Virus record (IMG/VR): IMGVR_UViG_3300008740_000001
Span: 64,001-128,000 of that record
DNA from: a virus
Lineage: Duplodnaviria > Caudoviricetes
Length of the DNA: 64,000 bases
Reading direction: 5' to 3' (one strand)
How positions within the stretch are numbered: position 1 is the stretch's first letter; each line of letters starts with the position of its first letter. Shown here in pieces: positions 12,601 through 22,000 of the stretch. The notes under the pieces are model-generated. The model saw only the letters and a list, made by a program, of their open reading frames with translations, was not told the origin of the DNA and did not search any database. The translations under genes and the position numbers were made by a program.

Positions 12601-15600
12601 CGTGCGGCCCAAATATGGAAAGCCACACAAGTGGACTCGGGTCACTCCGCTTACTACCAAATACTCTCCCTTGACTATTACTCTTGGTATTTCGACTACG
12701 ATGCGAAACAGATTCGGGAAAAACAACACTGTAACTCTTCCGGTTGATATATCAACAACCTATGGAAACGCACTAGTTTACTTTAATAGAGACGAAATTA
12801 ACAAGGAACTTAATCTATCTCGTGCTACAGTTGAGTCTTATGAAGAAGTAAAGAGCATGTACACGCGAGGCGCCCTTGAATCCGATGTTTCTCCTGTGAC
12901 AGAAATTCAAAAACTCCAATATAGTGAGGTGGTGTTCCCTTCACACCTTAACATGTATATGGGAGATGTCCGGAAAAAGACTGGCTACACAAACAACTTC
13001 TGGCAAAGAGGCCATGTGAACAGAATCTCGAATACGGCACGAACGATCCACAATCGTATTGATTACGGGATTTCGTTTCATGACAACCAATATGGCCACC
13101 AAAAACTTGCGACCCTAGGTCGCGGGATTGGTATGTCTATCTGGCCACTTGACGACGCATCATCAAGCGCTGGTCCGCTAGATTCAATTCACTGCCCTGA
13201 CGGAACATGGGCGACCGAGGAAGACCTGAAATACCGGGCCTGTTGGGCCTCTTTTCTCCATCCAGATGCAGCCACTGGGCGCGGAGCAGGAGAGCTACAG
13301 AATCGCTGGACATACCTCATAAAGAACGACGATGGTCGCTATCATTATCACAATGGTCGCGGAGACAACAAAGTGAAGACGAACCCTGAAGCCGGCCCAC
13401 TTTATGCCATGCCACAGTTCTGTGCTGCAACATCGTCGATTGCTTCGCCCACAGCTAATCCCTTGGTTGGCGTTTCAAACGCTAATATTCTAACTGGCTC
13501 TGGGCAGGAAATTGCTGGTGTTAAAATCACCCAACAGTCCGGTGATCGTGGCTTATACCAATCAAGCGAATGGCGCCACGGCACTGCCAACGACGGCGGC
13601 ACCGAGAACGTAAGAAACAAATATATTACGCCCCTTAATAAGAACGCCAACTGGGCTGGTTATGCGCCAATTTTTGGCGGGTTTGCTAAATTTCAAACTG
13701 GCGAACTTGCCGGCAAGATCACGTCGGACACAGTGGTTATTACTAGGGAAGATGGGGTTGTGATTTCTCGTGAAACTGTGCCACAAGTACGCGAATTCGT
13801 GAGCAGTCCGACCAACCCATGGCATGACTCATATGAAGAGTTCTATAATGATATTAGAGTAAAAGCAAAAGATTACGCAGTACTCCCAGAATTCAGGATG
13901 GAAGACCATATTGAGAACTGGATTATGAGTCAAAATTCTGACTTCTTGGCAGAGCAGGATTCGTTGTTTAGGATGATTGGTATGCCATCTGGCTCCAATG
14001 GCCACAACGCCGCAAATAGCTCGGAAGAGAACTTCTATAAAATTTATGCAACATCAGATTTCTTAAAACACTTTGATGTCATTAAGACTGACATGTCAGA
14101 ACATTTTGAGCCTAGCGCACTAACACTTCAGTGTAAGGCCGTACTGAAATTTAACCCATACGATGGGTTTTACCCTGCACAAAGAACGGTGCAGTTGGCG
14201 GAAGCTTTCTCGGGCTCTTACGGAAAACATGTACAATACTCTGGCAACGGCATCCTCGCCACTGGACAACCAAAGCTGTGGGACAGCAGCTCTTGGAGTT
14301 CGGGCGACTGGGATTATCACACCGCTGAAGTAGCCAATGCAAACGAAAGAATGGCCTTTAGAAACTTTCTTACTCCATTGTTCGCGCCCGGAATCATGTA
14401 TAACACGATTAAAGCAGGTGTCGCATGCGATTGGCCGATATTCACAGATGCATCAAAACTATACAAGGTTAGATTAGGAAAGTCGAACTATTGGGGCCTA
14501 GGCTTTCCGAGTCCACAAGAAGATGGAGAACTTATAGGTCGTTTCGAATCCGTCTACGGTGAACAGGTCTCTCCAGACACAAAGAAAATGTTGTATGGAC
14601 TGCAAGGCCGCTCTGTGATTAATTATGGACCATATAAAATTCGCGAGCAATACAGGAAGCAAGCAATCGAGCTTTCTATCGTTCCCGCATCGGCTTCGAT
14701 AGGCGGACTTACTACGGGTACCGGATTCACTGGTATCAAGACAACAGATGCTGGAGGTGCTGGCGGCGCGTCCCGAACATATTATAAGCCCGGATATTAC
14801 ACTACAAAAATCAATGTCAACGAGATTCCCGGCCTCGCAGCATCGTCGATTACAATGGCCTTTGACGACGGCGGTGGTGACTCCGGTGAAGGCGACGACC
14901 AAGAAGACGGCGATGGCATCATGACAAGAATCATGCGGCGTATTGACATTACTGCTTCTTTTGGTCCGGGCCCGAACTTGGGACGATGGGATAAGAGAAT
15001 TCCGTTCGAAGCTCTCGTCAATCCAGAAAACTATCTTAAAGACACAGATCTATATGATTATACTCCGCACCCCTCTGCATCACTAGATGTTACAGCTTCG
15101 TGGGATGGCCAAGGAAACGACGTATACTCGCTAATGGCAAACAACTTCTTGGCAGCAATCCCAGAGTTGTACTTGGCCGGCGGAGGGTTTACAACTATTG
15201 CTTCAAAACCACAAGATGATTTGTCACTATACGCTCAAGCCGGTAAAACCTACGGAATGCGTCTTAAAATGTATCGATCTCTGAACAGATTTCGAAACTA
15301 TAAGACAGAGCGGAGCCTTGCTCTTTCATCAGCTAGCTATGAAGTGCCTCAAGATCCAAGAGATGACCACGGCTTACACGAAACTTTCACGATGTACAGT
15401 CGCCATTCCGCATTCGGATATCCCGTCTGGGGGAGAACCCACACTATTGTAAATAATCTGGCCCAGACCGCCGCCCTTCGGGCCGCGAGAGGCCTCAAAA
15501 CCGGCGTGTCACAGGACCCCACCACCACAGCCTATGAGACGGCCATGGCACTCACAGCATCTTATAAGTTCGAGGATGTCAACGGCGACAACGTAAAGGG

Positions 15601-17923
15601 CAAACTCGGTGCTATTTTCTCACCCATTAATTCATCACACGCTCCCACACCCGGACTGAACAATACCAAGGCCGGCTTCCAGAACGAATATAGTCGCCAT
15701 GGCACCAAACAACAAAATAGAGTACTCTTCCACACTTCATCTTTTTTGGCTACTCCTGCCGGAGCGCTCGACAGCGTAGAAGGTTACTATTGGTCTTATA
15801 CTCCGCCATATGCACATGGAGAGGCGTGGGTCGACATGATCTTCGCGCCACAGCAAAGTCGAACGTACACGCTGGCAGAAATTGTCGACAGTCTGGAAAC
15901 AGTACCATATCGCGTTGATCCCGGCTTCCAGTTCCCCACCGGTGCAAGTGGACAGATGAACCCACGGTTTATTCCCAATGGTTATCATAGTCAATCATTA
16001 TATTCTGCTGAGAATATTAACGCAAACGCCATGCAACTTGATTCTTGTCTCAACATGTTTAGTCTTGGTAAGGTGAAATCATTTGCATATGGTAACATCG
16101 GCCGACGCGGCGGAACAGGCGCTAGAACAACGAAAAGAACAGTGGGAGATTCTCCAGCTTGGATTATCCAGCCAAAGTTTGAAACACCAATGTTGAATTT
16201 TAATAGTTTAACAAATGAACAGGGTGGTACGTGTCCTAGACCATTAACAGACGATTTACTGGACCTGCCAGCTTACGGTTCAGGCTCAACCCCTAGAGGA
16301 ATGTGGCACCAGTTCGGTACTCTCCCAGTGGACGATGAGGGAATTTGGCTCGAAGCAGGGGACATTCCTGCAAAATGGTTGGCAAACAACCCAATTGTGG
16401 AACATGATTATCGATACTCCACCCACAGTGCCAGAACATCTGGCTCTGTCGCTGCCTACAAACGAATGAACGCGCAGTATGAAATGGAGTCTTTGGCTGA
16501 TTTGGTTGGCATGGACACTAGTCCGAAACGGCTTGGCAAGGTGCAAGAAACAGTAACGATTTCAGAGGCCGTCGTAGCTGTACCCTTTATTGAAAAAGAC
16601 AATCAGCGCAACTTCTTTACTATAGACCCGCACATGGTTGATATCGTAATGGGCGAAGAAAGCTATAGGCTGTCTGATGAATCGGACTCCCCCGGACGTT
16701 CTATTGAAAACTTAGTAGAAAAAATGGAGAAATATCTCTTCCCGCCGGTCTTTGATTTTGTACAAAACCGCTCTGTCACTCCTGTGGCCATGTACGTCTT
16801 TGAATTTAGCATGGCTTTCGATAAAGATGATTTGGCACACATGTGGCAGAATGTTCTTCCTCCCAAAGCTTCGGGTTTTGAAATGAGCACTGCTACAGTT
16901 AACCACAACTTGTTGAAGAATGAACTAATGGGCTATTCTAATAACGAGGCGGCAGTAACACTGCAAAACAAGGTACAGTGGCTAGTGTTTAAGGTCAAGC
17001 AACGCGCCCCGACAAACTATTACGATAAGGTCATCAAAAGTTCTCCGGAGCTAGATCGCCTAGATAAGATTGCCAGAAGTAGGCAAGTTTCTCTGGGTGG
17101 CCAAGCAGACGCCTCATATAGTTATAACTGGCCTTATGATCATTGTTCTATCGTCGAAATGGCACAGATCGAGGCCTCAGTTGAATATTCGAACATGCCC
17201 GAAAATGTTGCAACTGCTCAAAGAATTGACGGCCAAGGTGGCCGCCGTGGAAAACAAGGTCAGTATATTGGTCCATCGCTTCCCGGCCAGACATTCCCCG
17301 GATCAATGAATCCTGCTGCAGCAGGTAGTTATGTTGGAACAAGTGTTGCAACTGTAGCTGATTCCGACATCCTTGGTTCCGAAGGTGCTGGCACCGCTCC
17401 CAGCACCTTTGTAGCGAAATGGGGGGATGGTCTCGTACAAAAACAAGCCCAAAAACATCCAGACGCCTTAACCAAAGATCTGACCGTGCGAGAATTTGGA
17501 GGAAGTCCATTTGTTGGTACCAACGTTGCTGAAAAAGAGGCCTCAAAAGTCTCGCGAGACTTCTCCAGCACTGCAGCAATGCCATCGGCGCTACAAGGCG
17601 CCACCGGTGATATGATCCGCGATTTTGCCAAAGGGGGCACCACAGGGCCCATCGTTATGGGAGGTCAAGAAGACGAGTATAGTTTTGGAAAAACCGGCGT
17701 CAGCACCACCTCCTTTAACCCTAGCACGTTTGACAATACAATGAGCAGTATGGCATCCACAATCGCAACAGCTGCAACTGCGCAGTCATTTGCGACAACT
17801 GCCGGAGCTTCGAGTGTTGCACCCGGCTTCACCCAGACTACTGCAGCTGCCACTAGTTTAGTCCAGCCAGTAACGACCACAACGGTTAGTACAGCATACT
17901 CATTCTCGTTTAAGTACTTTTAA
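3662..17923 (+). CDS. Giant 4753-aa baseplate wedge protein (gp7 / P2 gpI-like core) with multiple LamG/concanavalin-like domains
   Basis: Uninterrupted 14.26 kb ORF; YKSKGTEKSIRNIIRCFG wedge motif at ~5495-5545; LamG-like segments starting MTVEFWLKK (4262), MTVETEVLFP (5786), FTMTGWFYL (8732), WSFSAWVKQ (10937); T/A/S-rich C-terminal tail. Confidence 0.7.
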   Translation: MGIKDLFEKPQQILTSADAESTTKDKVESLDYLDAVMRAKEEFVPHIDFSSASNFAIYGSAEKYYEDAVTTIYRQYPYDGTAREVQEFNLNLNYLTKHVLESLYPRTTGYITLGKSATYSGLSGSYGSPAANEYIEFFGGPHTASNIQTSLEGMANRPLHETFEYSNQLSSDPYTKAGFQKDSSKKGTQLSNLRFNPADGMTVEFWLKKDAFDSTKTKREVIFDLWNGKDDDDIAYGRLLLELSSSATDPFRLTMVSGSGSPVQAGYQSATRIARDTSISSGITSEKITGGDWNHYAVSIANKGANKTAVKFYINGDLDTTTLLTGQINEVTGGLRAHLGALTHPNRQHGGAKGHGLLSASLDEFRYWKEARSSEQIGRYWWTQVRGGSNREVYNSSLGVYYKFNEGVVQTDATDLTAYAIDKKVLDYSGRVSNGNWVGYPGYPEGARSTDSALNRTGSAEFKDPIIYNSHPKVKALLAELKSSGSIWDDQNNASMLNAVPTFMREQDEASGDGTLTNVLQMMGSYFDKIYHLVDALPKIRATSYLTASAKPYPFATHLLESVGMNAPQMFVNANVLESISARDEDRKYEKDISEIKNLIYQNIYNNLVYVYKSKGTEKSIRNIIRCFGVDEELIRLNMYANNMTYELQDNARTKTVKKKYINFNDVDKFDCVIYQYPDPNNSNTVGYITGSGPTTVTASLGHEDVLGMTVETEVLFPIKLTQRDSGFFTTDFEEASLFGLHTPLSDASLLTISRPNYANFQVTAIRPQRESKHVYFKLTSEDPGNGFSAPIPELTSSLFTEVYDNQRWNLSVRVKPSKPLKNLVSGSHALASDKYEVHFYGVNMETGYKEHSFHLSASIAGHEARNFLRASKRLYAGAHRDNFVGDVKNYTDVKVSSIRYWATFLENSELDAHASDAENYGVSDPFENLTLYDKQLGGIHVPRIDTLALHWTFGNVTSASSDAASPTLSDSYFYADDVSSGSVEAVSAARYGWLSNIVHKQHSAKGDLFLPPESGDKNPVDVNYISSARRQLPEVISSNDAVQILTQDDDKYTREHRIVEHYYALEKSMYQTISEEMINMFASVVDFNNLIGEPVNRYRQEYKDLSKLRQLFFERVGEVSTLDRYINFYKWIDNAVTTVIQQLIPASAEVSEELHNMVESHVLERNKYWTKYPTIEFKQDDPEAGVHGVHELTYNWKFGHAPVDNSAQSNNALYWRERAHRASGSLSSGNTNTDQDREDLRIKINQHREAKGKMLANEDNTTYTGRVYALKRFTKPYRFTVDIPRELRSGTNFTRNRNVQVAKTALAYGAPLTISSSTNRPGLPGLPTGVMFVDGDTLGQFKDINDNLELRRKRFHDGTVILAREQEYDGRQAVPTSTIAKILPGNVVSSSVISGYNKVFSGVNTPGFVTGTAITNIHHDFYGEDREIPLQGPFVAKYVGGHQSRHVRLNPGTDTSHNRPEAWKLLIGKRDSTEAFRNTKTSGAFGFVSPDYPYPNMGKNPSPATAVFTAAGSHPKAGSKLRLTDGVNTATFEYWDDDMTGDHDTALTAAEQLLSASHIAVDMAGQTGLAGSALRTAKLNSMANAINESTIAMNATVDGNDITITNTRYGHSTSKGPNIYGIKGNTEISSSYETVYDYRMTSGLRIDEVSARTLAPGHAANGYSAGIGFEDQSDSIADIFDTGASGWGEFTMTGWFYLHDGSVGEARTNLHRTLLTLGPYSVLGNNLAISIINNKLHLRVDQGTIDAHRMAYTTNSAIVTGSDWYHIGVAWNHHSTRNTQTTKEVENVPRMYVNGTLVEGDYKDYDGSVYVGTGSLPSFNTITKSDGANNRTLVGTVGCMISSAAKFMSASHLAGDVIGDLALWNAKLTAAEITEAYSGQGHKRLLPGAQNLFNHSKYKSNYSDSALKAWWGFGDATKPNADNELYDDVTSICGTRGAPGAADAKEFCYNGVYGSGAGLRLIAWEYQGTSFGGDNPHPGTHFYQETQNTTDASLPAGVGAIGALYGNRPLKKYGGGEWYDAAGQPFASTGGPSSFSGGEDPVILNYHAPRATMYREEVVKRPVNIRNILQTTASVDIALSGTLQHGPIGNYGRNYEVVHTSPRSVNDLQFRKALGAEAGPAWNPPTEVDAMYFRKPMQRPVTGSFDPARPLKSTLSDPRFWDNATSQRDGTELGVNPRNLNTHQRDFEALADRQKNKTVIVTKFSAPGGFETMTAGYMDSNHGEYAANNVTTFRNRYVRGLGQHVLTSGSMEGRTYSGQLTASSGVDGTALRRLVVESKENGYGMDDAYVYPAEDGVPVHRFQHATREQLAGTYRVSDIHDEPFGLRTHLARYTAKFGRDSALVYDPLATGTSGSTQEPAGYHKIHRNRTAVNDFYEHYTTYHGPKSTYSMHFNDDSTGLEAESVDDKKLLSINPSWPVDMSKPWSFSAWVKQSAAQSGARALFSLGENQCKFSISIDAAGRFRVHMYNDDQTGSEFADFYCSAPVTSGGWDHVVITYDPTKAETSQSDVPKFYVNGQPGKFANSDTFPSAPFALTCLNERSYIGARFDNVEQKVKTLVDTEIAELAFYDRILDSDEVRRLWGYPNVLGGTGGTVNLSGSITPASDKLKVWIRFGDHADGPDKGVSGGSAYPTGPTGAPYFYDVMGNVNYDLAGTKADATAGTPYADGLEPAQWENAARNIHTYSKYQHDNFYVRHQLPRNHSNYSWVRAALPASHVPQGLPTASNFYSELMITASEIGSILRDGENAAGNVSVNALGRLYGVNKDNVNNADTGYGGGMDAGFAAIHKYKSSLILNDMVGMNSNIVTKVDWDNSLEGYTADEVVAATVKHAWEVGANADQNNKSAYSPYFNEAAIGIWNRFGTGYKHPGHRTSSPYEFFGKQGAYGLSALANYDPGAHLIGHKATNDHAGANASRHLQAMVLNGVLLHRQGPYGWPSWKQIRGAQHPLVRYERKHSRMSYVLEDAPEKHLSSSQQGHMVVRPKYGKPHKWTRVTPLTTKYSPLTITLGISTTMRNRFGKNNTVTLPVDISTTYGNALVYFNRDEINKELNLSRATVESYEEVKSMYTRGALESDVSPVTEIQKLQYSEVVFPSHLNMYMGDVRKKTGYTNNFWQRGHVNRISNTARTIHNRIDYGISFHDNQYGHQKLATLGRGIGMSIWPLDDASSSAGPLDSIHCPDGTWATEEDLKYRACWASFLHPDAATGRGAGELQNRWTYLIKNDDGRYHYHNGRGDNKVKTNPEAGPLYAMPQFCAATSSIASPTANPLVGVSNANILTGSGQEIAGVKITQQSGDRGLYQSSEWRHGTANDGGTENVRNKYITPLNKNANWAGYAPIFGGFAKFQTGELAGKITSDTVVITREDGVVISRETVPQVREFVSSPTNPWHDSYEEFYNDIRVKAKDYAVLPEFRMEDHIENWIMSQNSDFLAEQDSLFRMIGMPSGSNGHNAANSSEENFYKIYATSDFLKHFDVIKTDMSEHFEPSALTLQCKAVLKFNPYDGFYPAQRTVQLAEAFSGSYGKHVQYSGNGILATGQPKLWDSSSWSSGDWDYHTAEVANANERMAFRNFLTPLFAPGIMYNTIKAGVACDWPIFTDASKLYKVRLGKSNYWGLGFPSPQEDGELIGRFESVYGEQVSPDTKKMLYGLQGRSVINYGPYKIREQYRKQAIELSIVPASASIGGLTTGTGFTGIKTTDAGGAGGASRTYYKPGYYTTKINVNEIPGLAASSITMAFDDGGGDSGEGDDQEDGDGIMTRIMRRIDITASFGPGPNLGRWDKRIPFEALVNPENYLKDTDLYDYTPHPSASLDVTASWDGQGNDVYSLMANNFLAAIPELYLAGGGFTTIASKPQDDLSLYAQAGKTYGMRLKMYRSLNRFRNYKTERSLALSSASYEVPQDPRDDHGLHETFTMYSRHSAFGYPVWGRTHTIVNNLAQTAALRAARGLKTGVSQDPTTTAYETAMALTASYKFEDVNGDNVKGKLGAIFSPINSSHAPTPGLNNTKAGFQNEYSRHGTKQQNRVLFHTSSFLATPAGALDSVEGYYWSYTPPYAHGEAWVDMIFAPQQSRTYTLAEIVDSLETVPYRVDPGFQFPTGASGQMNPRFIPNGYHSQSLYSAENINANAMQLDSCLNMFSLGKVKSFAYGNIGRRGGTGARTTKRTVGDSPAWIIQPKFETPMLNFNSLTNEQGGTCPRPLTDDLLDLPAYGSGSTPRGMWHQFGTLPVDDEGIWLEAGDIPAKWLANNPIVEHDYRYSTHSARTSGSVAAYKRMNAQYEMESLADLVGMDTSPKRLGKVQETVTISEAVVAVPFIEKDNQRNFFTIDPHMVDIVMGEESYRLSDESDSPGRSIENLVEKMEKYLFPPVFDFVQNRSVTPVAMYVFEFSMAFDKDDLAHMWQNVLPPKASGFEMSTATVNHNLLKNELMGYSNNEAAVTLQNKVQWLVFKVKQRAPTNYYDKVIKSSPELDRLDKIARSRQVSLGGQADASYSYNWPYDHCSIVEMAQIEASVEYSNMPENVATAQRIDGQGGRRGKQGQYIGPSLPGQTFPGSMNPAAAGSYVGTSVATVADSDILGSEGAGTAPSTFVAKWGDGLVQKQAQKHPDALTKDLTVREFGGSPFVGTNVAEKEASKVSRDFSSTAAMPSALQGATGDMIRDFAKGGTTGPIVMGGQEDEYSFGKTGVSTTSFNPSTFDNTMSSMASTIATAATAQSFATTAGASSVAPGFTQTTAAATSLVQPVTTTTVSTAYSFSFKYF

Positions 17924-17966
17924 AAAGTAGTATAAAGGGCTATATATTTTAGGATAGTATATTGAA

Positions 17967-19034
17967 ATGGCATTTTTTAACAAAAAAGAAGAAGTAATAG
18001 ACCTGCAATTGACTCAATACGGAAAGAATCTTCTTTCCAAGGGAGAGTTCAAGCCGGTTTCCTATGCTTTTTTTGACGACAATGTTCTTTATGATAGTAC
18101 ATATGCCGGCATAGACTCGGAGACACAAAATGATATCGAGCCAAGAATTCAGGAAAATACACCATCTTTCAAAACACAATATATTTACTATGGCGCCGAA
18201 ACAGAAATAATGAGAATCGCTGAAGAAATTAGAGGATCCAATGGCGCCGTCCCTGCAATGCAGCCGGTAGCCGACAAACTCTATGCACTATCAGCACCAC
18301 TCGGCACTGGGGCCCTTCATACAACGAATCTACCGGCATGGCAGGTACGCTTCTTTGGCGCAGAACTATCAGGCTCAGTGCAATATGTTACGGGCGCCCA
18401 CCCTACCATGAAGATTCCGCAATTAAGATCTAACATCGTATACAAAACAACAGTTTATGACCCCAATAGTACGGCCCCAGAGGATCCGACAGGCAAGTTT
18501 CCAGAGGGTCCGCCCATTACGAGTAACGCAGAGTATAATATGGTATCTAGTACATTTTCAGATGGAACATATTTTGTTACAACCGGCGACCAACTGTTGA
18601 TCGAGATCGATGAGAAAAATACAGATTTTTTCAAAGAAAACTTTGATATTGAGGTCTTTTTGGTTGAAGAGGTCGATGTTAGTGGCTCTTACATGACTCC
18701 AAATATTTCCAAGACTGACAAAATGGAGCTACTTAAGCCACTAAACTTTACTATTGAGCCCCCCGTGGTTGTGGATAATCTACTGATCGAGCCATCAGTT
18801 CAGAATTCTCGCGACCTCAACCCCGACGATACAGAATACTATTTTAACATTAACGTGGATTCAGAGATACCACCAGAAACTTTGTGCGCCATAATTCAAA
18901 GACTTAAGTCGGAAGGCAGGGACTTGGGATATCTCGATTCTTATGATCTGGTCTGTCCGGATATTGCACCAGCCCCATTCGATCTTTATGGCTCCAGCGT
19001 CACAACCGAGGATATTGAAGAATGCCAAGACTAA
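17967..19034 (+). CDS. Baseplate/tail structural protein; N-terminus paralogous to 25516 ORF
   Basis: 355 aa; MAFFNKKEEVIDLQLTQYGKNLLSKGEFKPVSYAFFDDNVLYD aligns by eye with MAFLDNSGDIILDAVLTDTGRFRLAKGDGSFKITKFALGDDEIDY. Confidence 0.55.
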   Translation: MAFFNKKEEVIDLQLTQYGKNLLSKGEFKPVSYAFFDDNVLYDSTYAGIDSETQNDIEPRIQENTPSFKTQYIYYGAETEIMRIAEEIRGSNGAVPAMQPVADKLYALSAPLGTGALHTTNLPAWQVRFFGAELSGSVQYVTGAHPTMKIPQLRSNIVYKTTVYDPNSTAPEDPTGKFPEGPPITSNAEYNMVSSTFSDGTYFVTTGDQLLIEIDEKNTDFFKENFDIEVFLVEEVDVSGSYMTPNISKTDKMELLKPLNFTIEPPVVVDNLLIEPSVQNSRDLNPDDTEYYFNINVDSEIPPETLCAIIQRLKSEGRDLGYLDSYDLVCPDIAPAPFDLYGSSVTTEDIEECQD

Positions 19035-22000
19035 CGCCAGATGTAAACTATGATTCAATGTTCGAAGGGATACTGCCAACCCCTAAAATTAGAACAGTGT
19101 CTTTGAAGCTTTCGCCTTTGCCTCCTCCGGTAAATAATCCTCATATTGATCATGTGAGGGAAACAATCATATATGAAGGAAGAGATGGAACGCAGCAGCT
19201 TAAGTCCCCCGGGTTTTCAATTAGTAAAGATCCGAGAAATCTTCTGATTGAAGTTACCGTAGTTTTAATAGACAAGATTGAAGATAGTGGGATTTCATCT
19301 TGGTTTAAAGATGAAGACTTGATGAAATATATGAGATTGCAGTTAATTCACTGCGAAGACGCAACATTTTCAGAAAAACTAACCTCTCAAACACTTAGTC
19401 CACTGCCGTCAATGGTTAATAAATACAAAGAGAACAATGGATTGGTCCAGAATGTTGTGATATCTCTAGAAAGCTCAGAAGATCTTGAGGGGTTTTACGA
19501 CAAAGAAGCCGGCGAAAATGTAGTCAAAGAGGCTTCATATAAGTTTAATTTCGCTATCAATACTACGACGCCAAAACACTTGACTTATTTTGCAAATGTT
19601 TATTTAGATACCGATCAATTGATAAATGATTATAGTTTAGATTTGTCTGATAATGGATTAATATCCGCCGTTAGTGATACCACAGTCGAATCAGTATACA
19701 AAGATGGTAAGCAAGTATCATCTGCTTCCATGTACTATACAAAGGGTTCTAATATTTTCACTGGACAAGTATATGAAGCTCCCGGCGGAATTGTGGTGCC
19801 ATCAACGGTTATAAATGACGAACAAATCATCATAGATCTAAATACGATTCTGTCCTCTTTCAGTTCAGATGCACGCTCCTCAACCGCGAATAGTTATAAA
19901 CAGCAGTTAAACAAAGTTATGAACGACCACTCAGCGCCTAAAATGGGACAAATAAACAGGTTGCTCAAATCTTGGCAATCAAGAGATGGCAGGACGAAGG
20001 CCGGCCGCATTTATAAATTATTGAAAAAGAGATATGAGGTATATGAAAAGAAGATTAACGCATCTACGCGCCAGTTAACTAAAAAACAAGTCACCAACCC
20101 CACAATTCGTGATGATCGCACAATAGCAGATTTGGCCGACATTGAGATCACACTAGAAGCTCCAGTAGAAGAGACTTTGGCCCTTGAAGACATCCGTTCG
20201 GCCAACAATAACATGTCGGCCGAAACTGCTGCAGCCAATTTAGAAAACGCACTATACTTTAGTGAGTTGTCGTTAACAAGGCCTACTGATAGTTCGGTCC
20301 GTGGCCTTTTTTTGGTAGATTTCGAAAAAATGGTGTCTAAAAATAGCAAATATTCCGGCTTGCTAAACAACACGAATGCTGAAATTCGGTCTGTTTTACG
20401 AGATCGTGTAAGATTAGAAGGTGTTAGAATAACAAGAGAGAGAATAGACGACCAGAACACCTTGAGTCAGTATGATCTGCATATGGTAAGAGATACAGAA
20501 TCGATTAATCAATTGATAGCTAATGGAGTGATCGACGAAAAAACAAAGGAAATAAAGGGCGCCGCTCTGGAGTCTTCGACAAACAAAAAGAAGGGTGAGC
20601 TTATTGGTTCTGTATCACAGGTCCACTTGGACGGCATAACTAATCGCAACATCATGGCTTTCGAGATACGTGATGCTAACATGGTGGGCAAAACTACTGG
20701 AAAATACAAATACCGAGTTAGCCTGTTGGCAGTCGATAGGATTGGCATATATCTGGCCGACAAGCTTTATGAGCTTGTTCAGGCCAAGGAGAGTATGAAA
20801 GTATATTATAATCTGGCCAACTTACAGTGTAACTATGATCTTAAGAACGAACGTTTTACGGAATTTTTTATTGCGTCTTTATATGAAAAATATAACTTAG
20901 CTAATCCGGATTCCTTAATGTTGGAGAATATAGAAGAACTGAATAAGCTTCTGGTTTCTGAGTCCCCCATGGACGCACCTTGGATGCGACCAATTACGAA
21001 ATATGTTGAGGTACTGAATTTATTTGGGGACATTAACGATGACTCCGGCGCCTCGCTGGCTAAGAAGATGTATCTGAAAGTAGAACCTTCGACAGCCACA
21101 CCGGACTCGATTTTAGAAGTTATTGGTCAATTGGAAGAGCTAGAAACAAAGGCCTCCGACGCACTGGGGCTGTCACAGACACAACTTGCATCATACAACT
21201 CTGCGGGATCCAAAATCACTGCAAACCTAGCTGCCAATATACAAATTGACTATCTTTTCAATAGTGTTCTGGATAACACCACGTTGAGTAATGTCGGCGC
21301 CCGTTATTTGGAATATGCTTCGGAGGCAACTCAGGGCCTCCCGGTGATAAGCAAAAACGACTATGTTCGCAGACTCAATCAAGAAAATTCAAGATATTTT
21401 AAAAATAATCCGACAAAAACTGCAAACGCCTTAAACGATATGGGCACATACAAATTGTCTTATTTGGCGCCATCATTTATGCAGGTCGGAGGTAAAAAAT
21501 TAGCATTATTAGAACGAGGAGAATCTTTGTATGACCCAGATCAATTCCAAGAAATGCTGTTCAGTATCTCTCTCTTAAAGACAAATCCAGCAGCGCGCTC
21601 TTTGACAATGCCAGTGTTGAACAAGTCGGCAACCAGTCTAGATCAGAGCACCAAAGCTTCGTCAGAAATGTCGTCAATTAACACTCAGGCATTGACTCTT
21701 TTGGCTAATTTCGGGATTGCATTTGCCAGCCCTAAGCCATCTAAGTCATCCTTGACGATTACCGCCGATCCTTTGTCTGAAGTAAAAAGCATTCTTGGCG
21801 AGAATACTCTTTTGGCAATCAATAACGCCGTCATGAACGATATTAACACGGCCGACGATTTGTCGATGATAACGGATTTAACAAACGTAGAAGTCTCGGT
21901 TGCAGATGCCACCTCGATGGCGAGTGCACTAGTGGGTACCTTGACTAATCTGGGAATGCAAAATTATTTTGGGATTAATGCTCAGGGCTTACAAGTGGCA

